Shown here: positions 9,285 to 19,061 of the stretch, piece after piece | Layout of the letters: each line of letters opens with the position of its first letter | How positions within the stretch are numbered: the first letter of the stretch is position 1 | NCBI GenBank assembly: GCA_036012755.1 | Contig: DASCPX010000190.1 | Coordinates: 1 to 64,000 of the forward strand | Direction: 5' to 3' | From: Myxococcota bacterium | Lineage (GTDB): Bacteria > Myxococcota_A > UBA796 > CAJQPC01 | Length of the DNA: 64,000 bases | Made by a program: the position numbers and the translations under genes | The notes under the pieces: generated by a model | Told to the model about the DNA's origin: nothing | The model's input: the letters and a program-made list of their open reading frames with translations, nothing else | Databases searched by the model: none

Positions 9285-10432
9285 TCGGCGGCCTGGGAGG
9301 GGCAGTTGAAGAAGAGCGTGTTGTCGTTTCCGGGGATGGCGTTGCCCGCGAGCTCTTCCGAGAGCGACTCCGGCTCGCCCACCCACCCCAGCTCGACCAG
9401 CTCGTAGACGTCCGAGGGTGCCTTGGCGATGCTCTCGTCCTGGTCGACCGTGCTGTCGATGAGCACCACGTCGTCGTCGTGGGCGGGGTCGATGAGCACG
9501 CGCTGGACGCGCCACAGCGGGGAGTAGATGCGGTCGTCGGGGCTCTCGGACTCGGTCCGGGGGAAGCCGGAGATGATGTTGTTGTTGTCGGCCTTGTCGC
9601 CGTCGGCCGTCAGGTCGAGCTCCACTCCCCGCTCGCTGACCGCCCCCGCCTCTGCGCTGGTGCTGTTGCAGACGTCGTAGGTGGAGCCGCCTTCGCAGTC
9701 CCGGAAGAACACGAAGATGTCGGCGAAGGGCATCAGCGGGCGGGTCTCGCTGTCTTCGGCCGGAGGGAAGACGCCGTCGGTCTCGGTGAAGTCGAAGAAG
9801 GTGAGCTGGTACTGCTTGTGCCAGCCCTCCTGGAGCGGCACATCCAGCGCCGAGGTCCCCGGGTCCTCGACCGTGGGTTCGCCGTTGCCCTGGAGCTCCG
9901 TGCCGTCGAGCGCCAGGAGGCAGTGCATGATCGCGGCGTCCGGGCCGACCGAACCGCCGTGGTCGAAGACGACGAGCTCGACCCGGAGATCGCCCCCGGC
10001 CTCCGCCTGCTCGATGCCGTGGACGGACTTCAGGGCGTTGGGCTCGTAGTCGTGTGGCACGACCACCCGCCAGATCAGCCAGAAGGGTGAGTAGTCCATC
10101 TCCCCCGGGATGGTGGACAGCACGGGGTTCCCGACAGCCCGGTCGCGGTCGATGGCTCCGGTGGAGTCGAGGGGACAGGCGTCGTCGCCCTCGCGGCAGA
10201 ACCAGAAGATGTCCGCAGCGATGCGAGACGCGAAGCCGGCGAACCAGTAGGCCGAAGGATCCCCGGCGAAGAAACCGTTGAGGAGCCGGACGTGCCGGTC
10301 GCCGTTTTCCAGCACGTTCCCGGGCCACACGGTCTGGGCGACCTCGTCCACGGTCTGCTCGATGCGCCCGAGATCCTCCTCGACCGTCGGCTCGATGGGA
10401 GGACACCCGAGAAGCAGCAGAGCTGGGAGCAC
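9281..10432 (-). CDS. lipoprotein with duplicated YSP(F/L)W domains, function unknown
   Basis: MLPALLLLGC; DYSPFW and IYSPLW repeats, each followed by an (N/H)C motif. Confidence 0.7.
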   Translation of the reverse strand: MLPALLLLGCPPIEPTVEEDLGRIEQTVDEVAQTVWPGNVLENGDRHVRLLNGFFAGDPSAYWFAGFASRIAADIFWFCREGDDACPLDSTGAIDRDRAVGNPVLSTIPGEMDYSPFWLIWRVVVPHDYEPNALKSVHGIEQAEAGGDLRVELVVFDHGGSVGPDAAIMHCLLALDGTELQGNGEPTVEDPGTSALDVPLQEGWHKQYQLTFFDFTETDGVFPPAEDSETRPLMPFADIFVFFRDCEGGSTYDVCNSTSAEAGAVSERGVELDLTADGDKADNNNIISGFPRTESESPDDRIYSPLWRVQRVLIDPAHDDDVVLIDSTVDQDESIAKAPSDVYELVELGWVGEPESLSEELAGNAIPGNDNTLFFNCPSQAAE

Positions 10433-10501
10433 GCGGTCACCTCGCAGACCCCCATGTTATCACCGGCGGGCCCCGCCCGCGGAGACGGCATACTGCGGTC
10501 T

Positions 10502-10993
10502 ATGCCTGCGCCGAGGGTCCTGGCAATGCTGTTTTCGACCGGCTGCGTCGGCACTGGCCAGGGCCTGCCGAATGTGCTCGTCGACGAAGCGCAGGGTCCG
10601 ACGACCTTCCTGGAGATCCAGACGCAGATCTTCGACACGACCTGCGCCCCGCAGTGCCACAGCGGAGGGGCCGCCTCCAAGGGCCTGAACCTCGAGCAGG
10701 GCCGCTCGCTGGACAGCCTGGTCGAGGTGCCCTCGGTCGAGCTGCCCGAGACCATGCGCGTCGCCCGGGGAGACGCCTACAACAGCTACCTGATCATCAA
10801 GCTCGAGGCCTACGACAGCCGACGGGTAGGCTCCCGGATGCCCCGCACCGGCCCCCCCTACCTCTCCAACCCCCAGATCCGTGCTCTGGGTCAGTGGATC
10901 GACGCCGGCGCCGCAGAGGACTGGGTCGCCGGCGACGACGAGCCGGAAGACACGGACGAGCCGGAAGACACCGGCCCGGGAGACAGCGAATGA
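10502..10993 (+). CDS. cytochrome c-like lipoprotein (CX3CH; planctomycete cytochrome C-like)
   Basis: STGC lipobox, CAPQCH, SYLIIKL..GSRMP..WIDAGA; acidic DEPEDT repeat tail. Confidence 0.75.
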   Translation: MPAPRVLAMLFSTGCVGTGQGLPNVLVDEAQGPTTFLEIQTQIFDTTCAPQCHSGGAASKGLNLEQGRSLDSLVEVPSVELPETMRVARGDAYNSYLIIKLEAYDSRRVGSRMPRTGPPYLSNPQIRALGQWIDAGAAEDWVAGDDEPEDTDEPEDTGPGDSE

Positions 10994-12069
10994 GCTGGCT
11001 GCTCTTGCTCGGGACCGCAGAAGCCGAACCCCGCATGGCCGTCCGGCAGGGTGTGCAGTGCGGGACCTGCCACGTGAACAACACCGGCGGTGGGATGCGC
11101 ACGGACTACGGCAACTCCTTCTCCGCGACGAACCTGCCGACCTGGACCGTGGACGGCAGCTTCGATCCCTGGCTGGGAGAGCGCGTGCGGGTGGGGACCG
11201 ACATGCGCGTCGGCGCGATGACCAGCTTCGCCGCTGACACCGAGCTCGACGGCATCGAGCGCCACGTCGACGCCAGCAGCTCCTTCGAGATGCCCGTCGG
11301 CAACCTCTTCCTGCAGCTCGAGGCCATCCCAGATCGCCTGTACGTCTACTTCGACGAGACCGTCGCTCCAGAGGGGGCCTCTGCGAGAGAGGCCTGGATG
11401 ATGTTCGAGGACACCTCCGGCCTCTACGTAAAGGCCGGGCGCATGCTCCTTCCCTACGGCCTGCGCATCCCCGACGACCAGGCCTACATCCGCCAGCAGA
11501 CCGGCTTCACCTACGCCAACCAGGACATGGCCCTGGAGCTGGGACTGGACCGGCGCCACATCTTCGCCGCGGCGGCGCTCAGCAACGGCAGCGGTGGGGG
11601 CGGCGACTCGAACCTGCCCAAGCAGCTCACCGGAAGCGTGGCCGCCGTGAACAGCTGGGGACGGATCGGCATGTCGGCCGCCTGGAACAACACCTCCACA
11701 AAGGACATGGAGTTCAAGACCGCCACCGGGGGCGTCCACGGCGGGCTGAGGCTCGGCCGCTTCGTGCAGCTGGCCGAGGTGGACTGGATCCACGGCATCA
11801 GCACCACCGAGACCTACGACCAGTGGGCGATCTACACCGAGACCGACTTCGAGGTGCTCAAGGGCCTGTACCTGCGCTTCGCCTTCGGAGCCTTCGACCC
11901 CATGGTCGCCCTCGAGGAGAACGAGCGAGACCGCTTCGTGCTTGGAATGAGCTGGTTCCCGAGGCAGTACCGGGAGCTCCGCATCGACTACCGGATCAAC
12001 CGCGACATCCCCCAACGCGTCGACGAAAACGCCAACGAGCTCGTCATCGAGCTCCACGCATTCCTATGA
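10990..12069 (+). CDS. outer-membrane beta-barrel with N-terminal monoheme CxxCH (cytochrome-porin fusion)
   Basis: EPRMAVRQGVQCGTCH after a short signal; amphipathic beta strands, YVKAGRM..PYGLR, C-terminal strand ELVIELHAFL. Confidence 0.75.
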   Translation: MSWLLLLGTAEAEPRMAVRQGVQCGTCHVNNTGGGMRTDYGNSFSATNLPTWTVDGSFDPWLGERVRVGTDMRVGAMTSFAADTELDGIERHVDASSSFEMPVGNLFLQLEAIPDRLYVYFDETVAPEGASAREAWMMFEDTSGLYVKAGRMLLPYGLRIPDDQAYIRQQTGFTYANQDMALELGLDRRHIFAAAALSNGSGGGGDSNLPKQLTGSVAAVNSWGRIGMSAAWNNTSTKDMEFKTATGGVHGGLRLGRFVQLAEVDWIHGISTTETYDQWAIYTETDFEVLKGLYLRFAFGAFDPMVALEENERDRFVLGMSWFPRQYRELRIDYRINRDIPQRVDENANELVIELHAFL

Positions 12070-12926
12070 AGCACGCGAAGACCACGGCGGTGCTGCTCGG
12101 GGCGACCTCGGTCCTCGCCGCTGGAGCCTGGGCAGCAGAGGATCCCTTCTGGGGCCAGGCGACCGCCGAGCGTGGCCGCATCGTCTACCGAGCGAACTGC
12201 GTCGGCTGTCACGGGGACGAGGGCGACGGCCAGGGTCCAGCCGCCGACACGATGTTCCCAGCGCCGCGGGATCTCACCGCCGCCGAGTACCGCTTCCGCA
12301 GCACTCCGACCGGTGCCCTGCCCACCCGCGACGACCTGCTCCGCACCCTGGAGCTCGGGCTTCCAGGCACGGAGATGCCGGCCTGGGGACGCCTGCTGGA
12401 TCCCGTCGAGCTGCGCTCGGTGGTGCTCTACCTCGAGACCCTCTCGCCCCGCTTCGAGCAGGGACCACAGACAGCGACGATCGTGCCCGGAGTCCCCCCG
12501 GAGGTGACGCCGGAGCTGCTCGCCCGTGGCTCCGAGATCTACGTCGAGCTGAAGTGCGGGGTCTGCCACGGTCCAGAAGGGCGAGGCGACGGCAAGGCAG
12601 CCGCGGGCCTGGCCGACGAGGGCGAGCCGAGCCCGGTCTTCGACTTCACCTTCGGGGTCTACAAGGGCGGAAACACCCCAGAGGATGTCTACCGGACCTT
12701 CATGACCGGCCTCAACGGCACGCCGATGCCCTCCTACGCAGCCTCCATCCCCGACGAGACGGACCGGTGGGCGCTGGTGCACTACGTCCGCTCGCTCACC
12801 CGCCCGCGCGGGCTCGGCTTCTACCTCGGCAACCGCGTGACCTGGCGGGACCCGCTCGGGCCCTACGCCACCAGGGTCGGACTCGCCGTCGAGACGCCAG
12901 TCGAGGATGAGATCCCGGAGTGGTGA
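12066..12926 (+). CDS. diheme cytochrome c
   Basis: CVGCH..GTEMP and CGVCH..GTPMP, signal peptide. Confidence 0.9.
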   Translation: MKHAKTTAVLLGATSVLAAGAWAAEDPFWGQATAERGRIVYRANCVGCHGDEGDGQGPAADTMFPAPRDLTAAEYRFRSTPTGALPTRDDLLRTLELGLPGTEMPAWGRLLDPVELRSVVLYLETLSPRFEQGPQTATIVPGVPPEVTPELLARGSEIYVELKCGVCHGPEGRGDGKAAAGLADEGEPSPVFDFTFGVYKGGNTPEDVYRTFMTGLNGTPMPSYAASIPDETDRWALVHYVRSLTRPRGLGFYLGNRVTWRDPLGPYATRVGLAVETPVEDEIPEW

Positions 12927-13462
12927 TGGACAAGTGGGAGCGGCTGAGCCGCGAGACCATGTACCGAACTGGCTTCTTCGAGGTCCACCGCGACCGGGTC
13001 CTGCGACCGGACGGTCAACAGATCGACTACGGCGTCGTGGAGTGCGGCCACTGCGTCGGGGTGCTCCCGATCTTGCCCGACGGCTCGGTGGTGCTGGTCC
13101 GCCAGTACCGCTACATCGCCGGCCGAGCGACCTGGGAGATGCCCACGGGCGGAGTCGACCCGGGAGAGAACCCCGAGCAGGCAGCCCAGCGCGAGCTCGC
13201 CGAAGAGGCCGGATACCGGGCCGGCTCGCTCCGACATCTCAGCACCTTCCACACCTCGAAGAGCAGCATCGACGAGACCGCCCACCTCTACCTGGGCGAG
13301 GCCCTCGAGCCCGCAGTCGCCGAGGGGGACGACACGGAGTTCATCGACACCCGGGTCTTCGCCTTCGACGAGGTCCTCTCGATGGTCGAGGCCGGCGAGA
13401 TCGTCGACAGCATGACCATCATCGCCGTCCTCCAGGCAGCCCTGGATCGCACCCGAGGATGA
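12926..13462 (+). CDS. NUDIX hydrolase (ADP-ribose pyrophosphatase-like)
   Basis: LVRQYRY, Nudix box GGVDPGENPEQAAQRELAEEAG. Confidence 0.92.
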   Translation: MDKWERLSRETMYRTGFFEVHRDRVLRPDGQQIDYGVVECGHCVGVLPILPDGSVVLVRQYRYIAGRATWEMPTGGVDPGENPEQAAQRELAEEAGYRAGSLRHLSTFHTSKSSIDETAHLYLGEALEPAVAEGDDTEFIDTRVFAFDEVLSMVEAGEIVDSMTIIAVLQAALDRTRG

Positions 13463-13910
13463 CCTCGACCCGCTCCCGCTCCCGCTCCCGATCGTAGTCC
13501 CGCAGAGGCAGCCGACCCATCCTCACTGCGCGCTTGATGCAGATGTCCTCGCACTCGCCGCAGCTCACGCAGCGCTCGGGGGCATCCAGGATCGCGATGC
13601 CCTGGAAGCGCGGGCCGATGACGGCGATGCAGTCGAAGGGACAGATCTCCGAGCAGAGCGCGCAGCCGTTGCAGAGCACGGCGTCGATGCGTGGATGCGG
13701 GCGGTTCTTTCGTGGGAGCCGCTCCACGAGGGTCCCGTGGGGGTCGATCACGGTCTCGGTCGGACAGTTCCAGCCACAGACCCCACAGTCGATGCAGCGC
13801 CGCGGATCGATGACGTGCAGCTCGTCGCGCTCGCCGAAGATGGCCCCGGTCGGGCACTGGCGCTGGCAGGCGGTGCAGCCGCTGCAGGTGGGCAGGATGG
13901 TGTGGGCCAT
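13419..13910 (-). CDS. polyferredoxin, four [4Fe-4S] motifs
   Basis: Four CxxCxxCxxxC motifs. Confidence 0.9.
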   Translation of the reverse strand: MAHTILPTCSGCTACQRQCPTGAIFGERDELHVIDPRRCIDCGVCGWNCPTETVIDPHGTLVERLPRKNRPHPRIDAVLCNGCALCSEICPFDCIAVIGPRFQGIAILDAPERCVSCGECEDICIKRAVRMGRLPLRDYDRERERERVEVILGCDPGLPGGRR

Positions 13911-13923
13911 CAGGCGCCCGACA

Positions 13924-14658
13924 TCAGATGTTGAACCAGGGGGTCACCCAGACGTACTTCACGTCCAGCAACAGCCGCAGGGCGATCTTGACCGGAATCG
14001 CCGCCATGCTGAGGAAGAGGAAGGAGGCGACGGCGTAGCGCCAGCCGTCGATGGTCAGCTTGGCGCGGCGCCAGCGCCAGAAGGCCAGGGCCTGCCCGTA
14101 CCAGGCGAGGACGAAGAGGCCCCCGACCACCATGGCGACGGGGCCGGGCTCGATGCCGAGCAGGTCCGTGAGGTCGCGGGTGCTCAGATCGACGTGCTTG
14201 GGGGTGCTCCAGGACTCCCAGGGCCAGTACCAGTTCCAGCCCGGCCCTCTACAGAAGACCCCGACGAGGATGGGGAGCACCCACAGGCCCAGGAAGCCGA
14301 AGAGGAAGCCGCCGATGGCGAAGGGCCGCTCGCGGAGGGTGAAGAAGCCGTTGCCCCGCGGGTTGTCGTCCAAATACGGGATGGCGATGAGCCCCACGAT
14401 GATCAGCCCGGGGAGCATGACGCCGGCGATCCAGGGGTCGAAGTAGACCAGCAGCTCCTGCAGCCCGAGGAAGTACCACGGAGCCTTCGAAGGGTCGGGG
14501 GTGAGGTTGGGGTCTGCGGGGCCCTCCAGCGGGGCGTCGATGGTGATGGACCAGACGACCAGCACGATGGTCGCCACCAGCGCGACCAGCAGCTCCACCC
14601 GGACGAGGTTCGGCCAGACCGCCACACGATCCGGGAGGGTCGGGTCCTGCTGGCTCAT
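13924..14658 (-). CDS. cytochrome b subunit IV-like (C-terminal) protein
   Basis: ADPNLTPDPSKAPWYFLGLQELL (PEWY equivalent), IPYLD. Confidence 0.88.
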   Translation of the reverse strand: MSQQDPTLPDRVAVWPNLVRVELLVALVATIVLVVWSITIDAPLEGPADPNLTPDPSKAPWYFLGLQELLVYFDPWIAGVMLPGLIIVGLIAIPYLDDNPRGNGFFTLRERPFAIGGFLFGFLGLWVLPILVGVFCRGPGWNWYWPWESWSTPKHVDLSTRDLTDLLGIEPGPVAMVVGGLFVLAWYGQALAFWRWRRAKLTIDGWRYAVASFLFLSMAAIPVKIALRLLLDVKYVWVTPWFNI

Positions 14659-14822
14659 CGCCGCATCTCCTCGCCGACGGCGTCCTCGCCTCCCTCCTCG
14701 AGCAGGCGGTCGTGCTTCAGCGCCTGCTTCAGCCAGACCCCGAGGAGGAGGACCAGGGCCAGGACCATGCCCGCGATGGGGAGGTTGTCCGGCTGGGTCA
14801 GGATGTGGAGGAAGGTCTCCAT
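14655..14822 (-). CDS. small single-TM subunit of the Rieske/cytochrome b operon
   Basis: [21 protein letters not shown]...; coupled to neighbours on both sides. Confidence 0.75.
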   Translation of the reverse strand: METFLHILTQPDNLPIAGMVLALVLLLGVWLKQALKHDRLLEEGGEDAVGEEMRR

Positions 14823-15613
14823 CAGCGATCCACCACGGGCTCGGGGGGGCCCGAGATGCCCCCGTCCTTGCGGACACGCCAGAAGTGGACGGCCAGCAGG
14901 AGCGTCAGGAAGATGGGCAAGAGCACGCAGTGGAGGACGTAGAAGCGGAGGATCGCCGGATCGCCGACCTCGCGTCCCCCCAGCAGCAGAGCTCGGAGAT
15001 CGTTGTCGACCGTGACTCCGGTGAGCCCCGCTCCCGGACCCTCGTGACCGACGAGCGGCGCCGCCGCGGCCATGTTCGTTCCCACCGTGACAGCCCACAT
15101 CGAGAGCTGGTCCCAGGGCAGCAGGTAGCCCGTGAAGGACAGCAGCATCGTCAGCACGAGACAGACCACGCCCACACCCCAGTTGAACTCGCGCGGGGGC
15201 TTGTAGGAGCCGGAGAGGAAGACCCGCAGCATGTGGAACCACACCAGGATGACCATGGCGTGGGCCGCCCACCGGTGCATGTTCCGCTGGAACATGCCGA
15301 AGGGGATCTCGTGCTCCAGGTTGAGCATGTCGAGATAGGCCGCAGCGGCTGTGGGCCGGTAGTAGAACATCAGCACCACGCCGGTGACGATGGTCACGGC
15401 GAAGGTCAGCGCGGAGAGCCCGCCCATGCCCCAGGTGAAGCGCAACCGCAGGCCGTGACGGCGGACCTGGGCCGGGTGGATGTGCAGGAAGATGTTGCTC
15501 GTGACCTGCAGGATCCGGTTCCGCGGCGTGTCGAGGTCGTCGTGGCGGAAGATCGAGCGGTGGACCTGCTCTCCGATCGAGTCCGAGCGCTCCGGGGTCT
15601 GCTTGTCGCTCAC
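14822..15613 (-). CDS. cytochrome b6-like N-terminal subunit
   Basis: [29 protein letters not shown]-x14-H. Confidence 0.93.
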   Translation of the reverse strand: MSDKQTPERSDSIGEQVHRSIFRHDDLDTPRNRILQVTSNIFLHIHPAQVRRHGLRLRFTWGMGGLSALTFAVTIVTGVVLMFYYRPTAAAAYLDMLNLEHEIPFGMFQRNMHRWAAHAMVILVWFHMLRVFLSGSYKPPREFNWGVGVVCLVLTMLLSFTGYLLPWDQLSMWAVTVGTNMAAAAPLVGHEGPGAGLTGVTVDNDLRALLLGGREVGDPAILRFYVLHCVLLPIFLTLLLAVHFWRVRKDGGISGPPEPVVDR

Positions 15614-16125
15614 GCCTGGCCCTCGTCCAGGAGCACGCTGGCCCCTGAGAGGTGCCAGCTGTCCTCTGGGAACACCCGACCGACATCCACCCGGAGCTCC
15701 CCGTCCCGGTGGACCCAGACCTCCACTCGATCCAGGGGTCTGGGCGCGGGGCCCTCGACGTTGATGCCCTCTGTGGTGAAGCCGGAGCCGTGGCAGGGGC
15801 ACTTGAAGCGAAGCCGGTGGCGGTACCAGCGCGGCGTACAGCCGAGGTGGGAGCACTTGGCGTAGACCGCGTAGAGGCGCTCCTCGTCGCGGACGATGAA
15901 GACCCGCCAGCTCTTGACCCAGCGCTCGCTGACACCGACGGCGTAGTCCTCGATCCGGCCAGCCTTGAAGACGGTGGGAGGCTCGATGGGCGCGCGCCGG
16001 TAGAGCAACCTGAAGAAGCTGCCCGCGAAGCCCAGGCCGCTGGCACCAAGGGCCCACCAGCCGACGCGGGAGACGAAGTCACGCCGCCGCCAGAGGTCCT
16101 CGGGCTCGCGCGAGTCCTTGCTCAA
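15610..16125 (-). CDS. Rieske [2Fe-2S] subunit
   Basis: Tat-like RRRDFV + TM; CSHLGC and CPCHGS. Confidence 0.95.
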   Translation of the reverse strand: MSKDSREPEDLWRRRDFVSRVGWWALGASGLGFAGSFFRLLYRRAPIEPPTVFKAGRIEDYAVGVSERWVKSWRVFIVRDEERLYAVYAKCSHLGCTPRWYRHRLRFKCPCHGSGFTTEGINVEGPAPRPLDRVEVWVHRDGELRVDVGRVFPEDSWHLSGASVLLDEGQA

Positions 16126-18335
16126 TGTGGACTCCCGCTCATGACGTGCTCGGTCAGGAGCTCGATCTGGGCGTCTGTGTCGCCCTCCAGGAGGTCCGGG
16201 AAGGGGGTCTGGCCGTCCGGGAAGAACTGGGGCATGCGGGTACCTGGGATGAGCCTATCCGGGTCGACGAGGAAGTGAGCGATCCAGGCCGGGTCCAGGC
16301 GCTGCGGCGCCAGCGCCAGGTCCGGGGCGCGATCGGCGCTTGCCCGCTCTCCGGCGCTGTACTGGTGGCAGGCGACGCACTTGAGATCGACGAACATCGC
16401 GGCGGCCATCTCCACGCGCTCGGGAGAGGGCTCGTGGGTCGGGAGGTCGCGGTAGGGGCTGGTGCTCCCCTGGCCGAACCAGGCGACGAGCGCCGCGGCC
16501 TCCTCCTCGGAGAGTCGGAAGTCGGGCATGCGCAGCTGCAGCCAGGCGCGCAGCGAAGAGGGCTCGCGCAGGAAGCCGAAGAGCCACTGGGGCTGGACAC
16601 GGGCCCCCTCCCCGACGAGCGTCGGGGGCGCCATCCAGTCCTCGTCGTAGTAGCGCGAGATGCGCCCGGGGGTCCCGTCGAGGTCGTGGCAGCCGCGGCA
16701 GTTCCGCTCCTCGATCAGGCCCTCGGCCAGCCGCAGCTGGGGGTCCACCACGTCGGTCTGGAGGTACTCGGCCGGCGGGGCCTGGCCTCGAAGACCGCGG
16801 AGGAACACGGCGAGCGCCAGGGCCGTGTCGTCATCGAGCTCGTAGTCCGGCATCACCGGGTGGATGTCGTCGTCGGAGAAGACCCGCGGAGAGGTGAGCT
16901 TGGTGTGGACGAAGGTCTCCCAGCTCCGCTCTTGCTGCGGAAGATCTCCGAAGAAGAGCTCGGCGACGCCCTTGTCGCCGAAGCCCCCCAGCTCCGGACC
17001 CGGCCTGCGGGCCTCTTCGAAGCCGGGGATGTCGTGGCAACCCTGACAGCCGTAGAGATCGATCAGCTCGCCGCCGCGCTGGACCAGCGTGTCCTCGGGG
17101 TCCACCAGCTCGGGCGGGGTCTCGGGCCGATGCTCGGCGCCCTCGGTGGACAGCCAGCTCGCCAGCGCCAGGACCTGCTCGTCATCGAGCCGCATGTCCG
17201 GCATGCGGGCCTCTGGCCAGTAGGCGGCAGGATCGCGCAGCCACACGGCCAGGAAGTCGAAGCGAGCCCGGGCCCCCTCCGCGCCGAGCACGGGTCCGAA
17301 ACCGAGGGGCTGGTCCACCGTCGTCCCGCGCTCGGGAGCCCAGGGCGCCGCCGGGTCGATCTCCTCGGCGAAGTCCAACCAGGGGTCGACGACCTCGTCT
17401 GAGCCAGGCTCGTCGAAGTCCGCCCAGGCGTCCTCGACCGGAGCGGCCTCTGGACCCTCCTCGTCGCCGAGCAGGTGGCAGCCGCGGCAGCCGACGGCCT
17501 CGAAGATCTCGCGTCCCTCTGCAGCCAGCACGGGATCCGGCTCGAGCCCAGGATCCGCCAGGGGCTCCGACACCTCGACGAGGTAGGCGGCGATGGCCAG
17601 GGACTCCTCGTCACGCAGGGCCGCCAGCGCCGGGTCCTCGTCTGCCCCGGGCCAGAACAGCGGCATGTGAGCGCCCGGGCGGTGGGGTCGGGGGTCCCGG
17701 ATCCAGGCCAGCAGGGAGCCCTCGTGCAGCTTGCTGCCGACGTGGCGGAGGGAGGGAGGCGCCGAGGGCTCGGGATCGTCGAGGCCCGTGAGGTGACAGC
17801 CGGAGCAGCCCAGCTCGCGGAAGCCCTGGCGGCCCAGGCTCAGCGTGGGAGCGCCGGCGAGGCTCTCCTCCTCCGGGTGGCAGGCCAGGCAGGAGGACTC
17901 GGCCATGGCCCCGGTCAACAGCGGCCAGGGCCACAGCTCGTCACCGTGGGCGCTCTCGGCTGTGAGCGCCGGTCCTTGACCCTGGTGGCATGAAGTGCAG
18001 CCGAAGCGCTCGGGCGGGTGGGGACCCAGGAGCTCCTCGTGCCGCGGATGGGTCCGGAGCACACCGGGGACCTCGTCGCCGACGAGCTCCGGGTCGTCGA
18101 TGCCCGCGTGGCAGGTGGTGCAACGGTCGATGTTGTCCAGACCCGGGATGACCAGCTGGCGAACCGCCGCTGGCGCCTCCTCCGGTCGCAGCTCGACATA
18201 GGCAGCCTGGTGCTCCTTCCAGGGCCTGCGGGTCCAGGTCTCGTCGACCAGCGCCCAGAGCGTGGCCGCCGCCAGAGCAAGGCTCAATCCGGTGAACAGC
18301 CGGCGATAGGAGCGCCGCTCGTCAGGGACGTACAA
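16122..18335 (-). CDS. membrane-anchored octaheme c-type cytochrome
   Basis: N-terminal TM; 8 CxxCH; repeated GP.L..W...P....MP class I domains. Confidence 0.9.
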   Translation of the reverse strand: MYVPDERRSYRRLFTGLSLALAAATLWALVDETWTRRPWKEHQAAYVELRPEEAPAAVRQLVIPGLDNIDRCTTCHAGIDDPELVGDEVPGVLRTHPRHEELLGPHPPERFGCTSCHQGQGPALTAESAHGDELWPWPLLTGAMAESSCLACHPEEESLAGAPTLSLGRQGFRELGCSGCHLTGLDDPEPSAPPSLRHVGSKLHEGSLLAWIRDPRPHRPGAHMPLFWPGADEDPALAALRDEESLAIAAYLVEVSEPLADPGLEPDPVLAAEGREIFEAVGCRGCHLLGDEEGPEAAPVEDAWADFDEPGSDEVVDPWLDFAEEIDPAAPWAPERGTTVDQPLGFGPVLGAEGARARFDFLAVWLRDPAAYWPEARMPDMRLDDEQVLALASWLSTEGAEHRPETPPELVDPEDTLVQRGGELIDLYGCQGCHDIPGFEEARRPGPELGGFGDKGVAELFFGDLPQQERSWETFVHTKLTSPRVFSDDDIHPVMPDYELDDDTALALAVFLRGLRGQAPPAEYLQTDVVDPQLRLAEGLIEERNCRGCHDLDGTPGRISRYYDEDWMAPPTLVGEGARVQPQWLFGFLREPSSLRAWLQLRMPDFRLSEEEAAALVAWFGQGSTSPYRDLPTHEPSPERVEMAAAMFVDLKCVACHQYSAGERASADRAPDLALAPQRLDPAWIAHFLVDPDRLIPGTRMPQFFPDGQTPFPDLLEGDTDAQIELLTEHVMSGSPH

Positions 18336-18338
18336 GGG

Positions 18339-19034
18339 CTACTCGAATCCGAGATCCAGGTCGAGAGCGGCGTCCGCGACGGTGATGGTGCGGGTGCGCT
18401 TGCCCAGCTTCTCGTGCCACCACACCAGCGTGTGCTCCCCGGCCGGGACATCGGAGATCGAGAAGCGACCGTCTGCGTCGGTGACCGCGAACCAGGGGTG
18501 GTCGAAGGCGGCGATCCAGCCGGACATCCAGCTGTGTCCTGCGTCGCAGCCCACCTTCATGATGCCCGCCTCGCTGATGGTGACGTCGATCACCTGGTCC
18601 TGCATCGGGAGCGCCAGGTTGAAGGCGTCCTGGCTGCGGTAGCGAGCGTGGGTGTTGTGGAGGATGGGATCGGCGTTGTCCACCTTCAGCGTCGAGCCGA
18701 CACCCACGGCGAGCACGTGGGGCTCGTAGCGGCAGCCGTCGTTGGACAGGGAGTAGGTCTTGGACTCCGGCGTCCCGCTGAGACCCTCGATGTAGACGAT
18801 GACGTTGCCGAGTCCGCCGCTGGATGAGACCTGGTACTGCTCGCTCAAGAGGCCCTTGTTCCCGCAGAAGTCGACGTCTTCGTCGACGACGAGGGGGGTC
18901 GGAGCAGGGGCGTCGGCGTGGACGACACCGCCGGCGACGGTCTGGCCCCCGGCCGAGTCCGCGTCCCCGCTGACGAGGAAGCCAAAGCCGATCACGATCC
19001 CCGCCGCGAGGGTGAGTGAGTGTCGTCGATGCAT
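18339..19034 (-). CDS. secreted carboxypeptidase-regulatory-like protein with cupredoxin-type motif
   Basis: LHNTH...CDAGHSWM (H,C,H,M); VTDADGRFSISDVPAG. Confidence 0.8.
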   Translation of the reverse strand: MHRRHSLTLAAGIVIGFGFLVSGDADSAGGQTVAGGVVHADAPAPTPLVVDEDVDFCGNKGLLSEQYQVSSSGGLGNVIVYIEGLSGTPESKTYSLSNDGCRYEPHVLAVGVGSTLKVDNADPILHNTHARYRSQDAFNLALPMQDQVIDVTISEAGIMKVGCDAGHSWMSGWIAAFDHPWFAVTDADGRFSISDVPAGEHTLVWWHEKLGKRTRTITVADAALDLDLGFE

Positions 19035-19061
19035 CGTGCCTCCGACAGGCTACAACAGGGC

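Noticed and set aside
13419..13462. Convergent 3' overlap of Nudix and polyferredoxin (also 38167-38208)
   Set aside because: Short tail overlaps are common in high-GC genomes; no functional evidence
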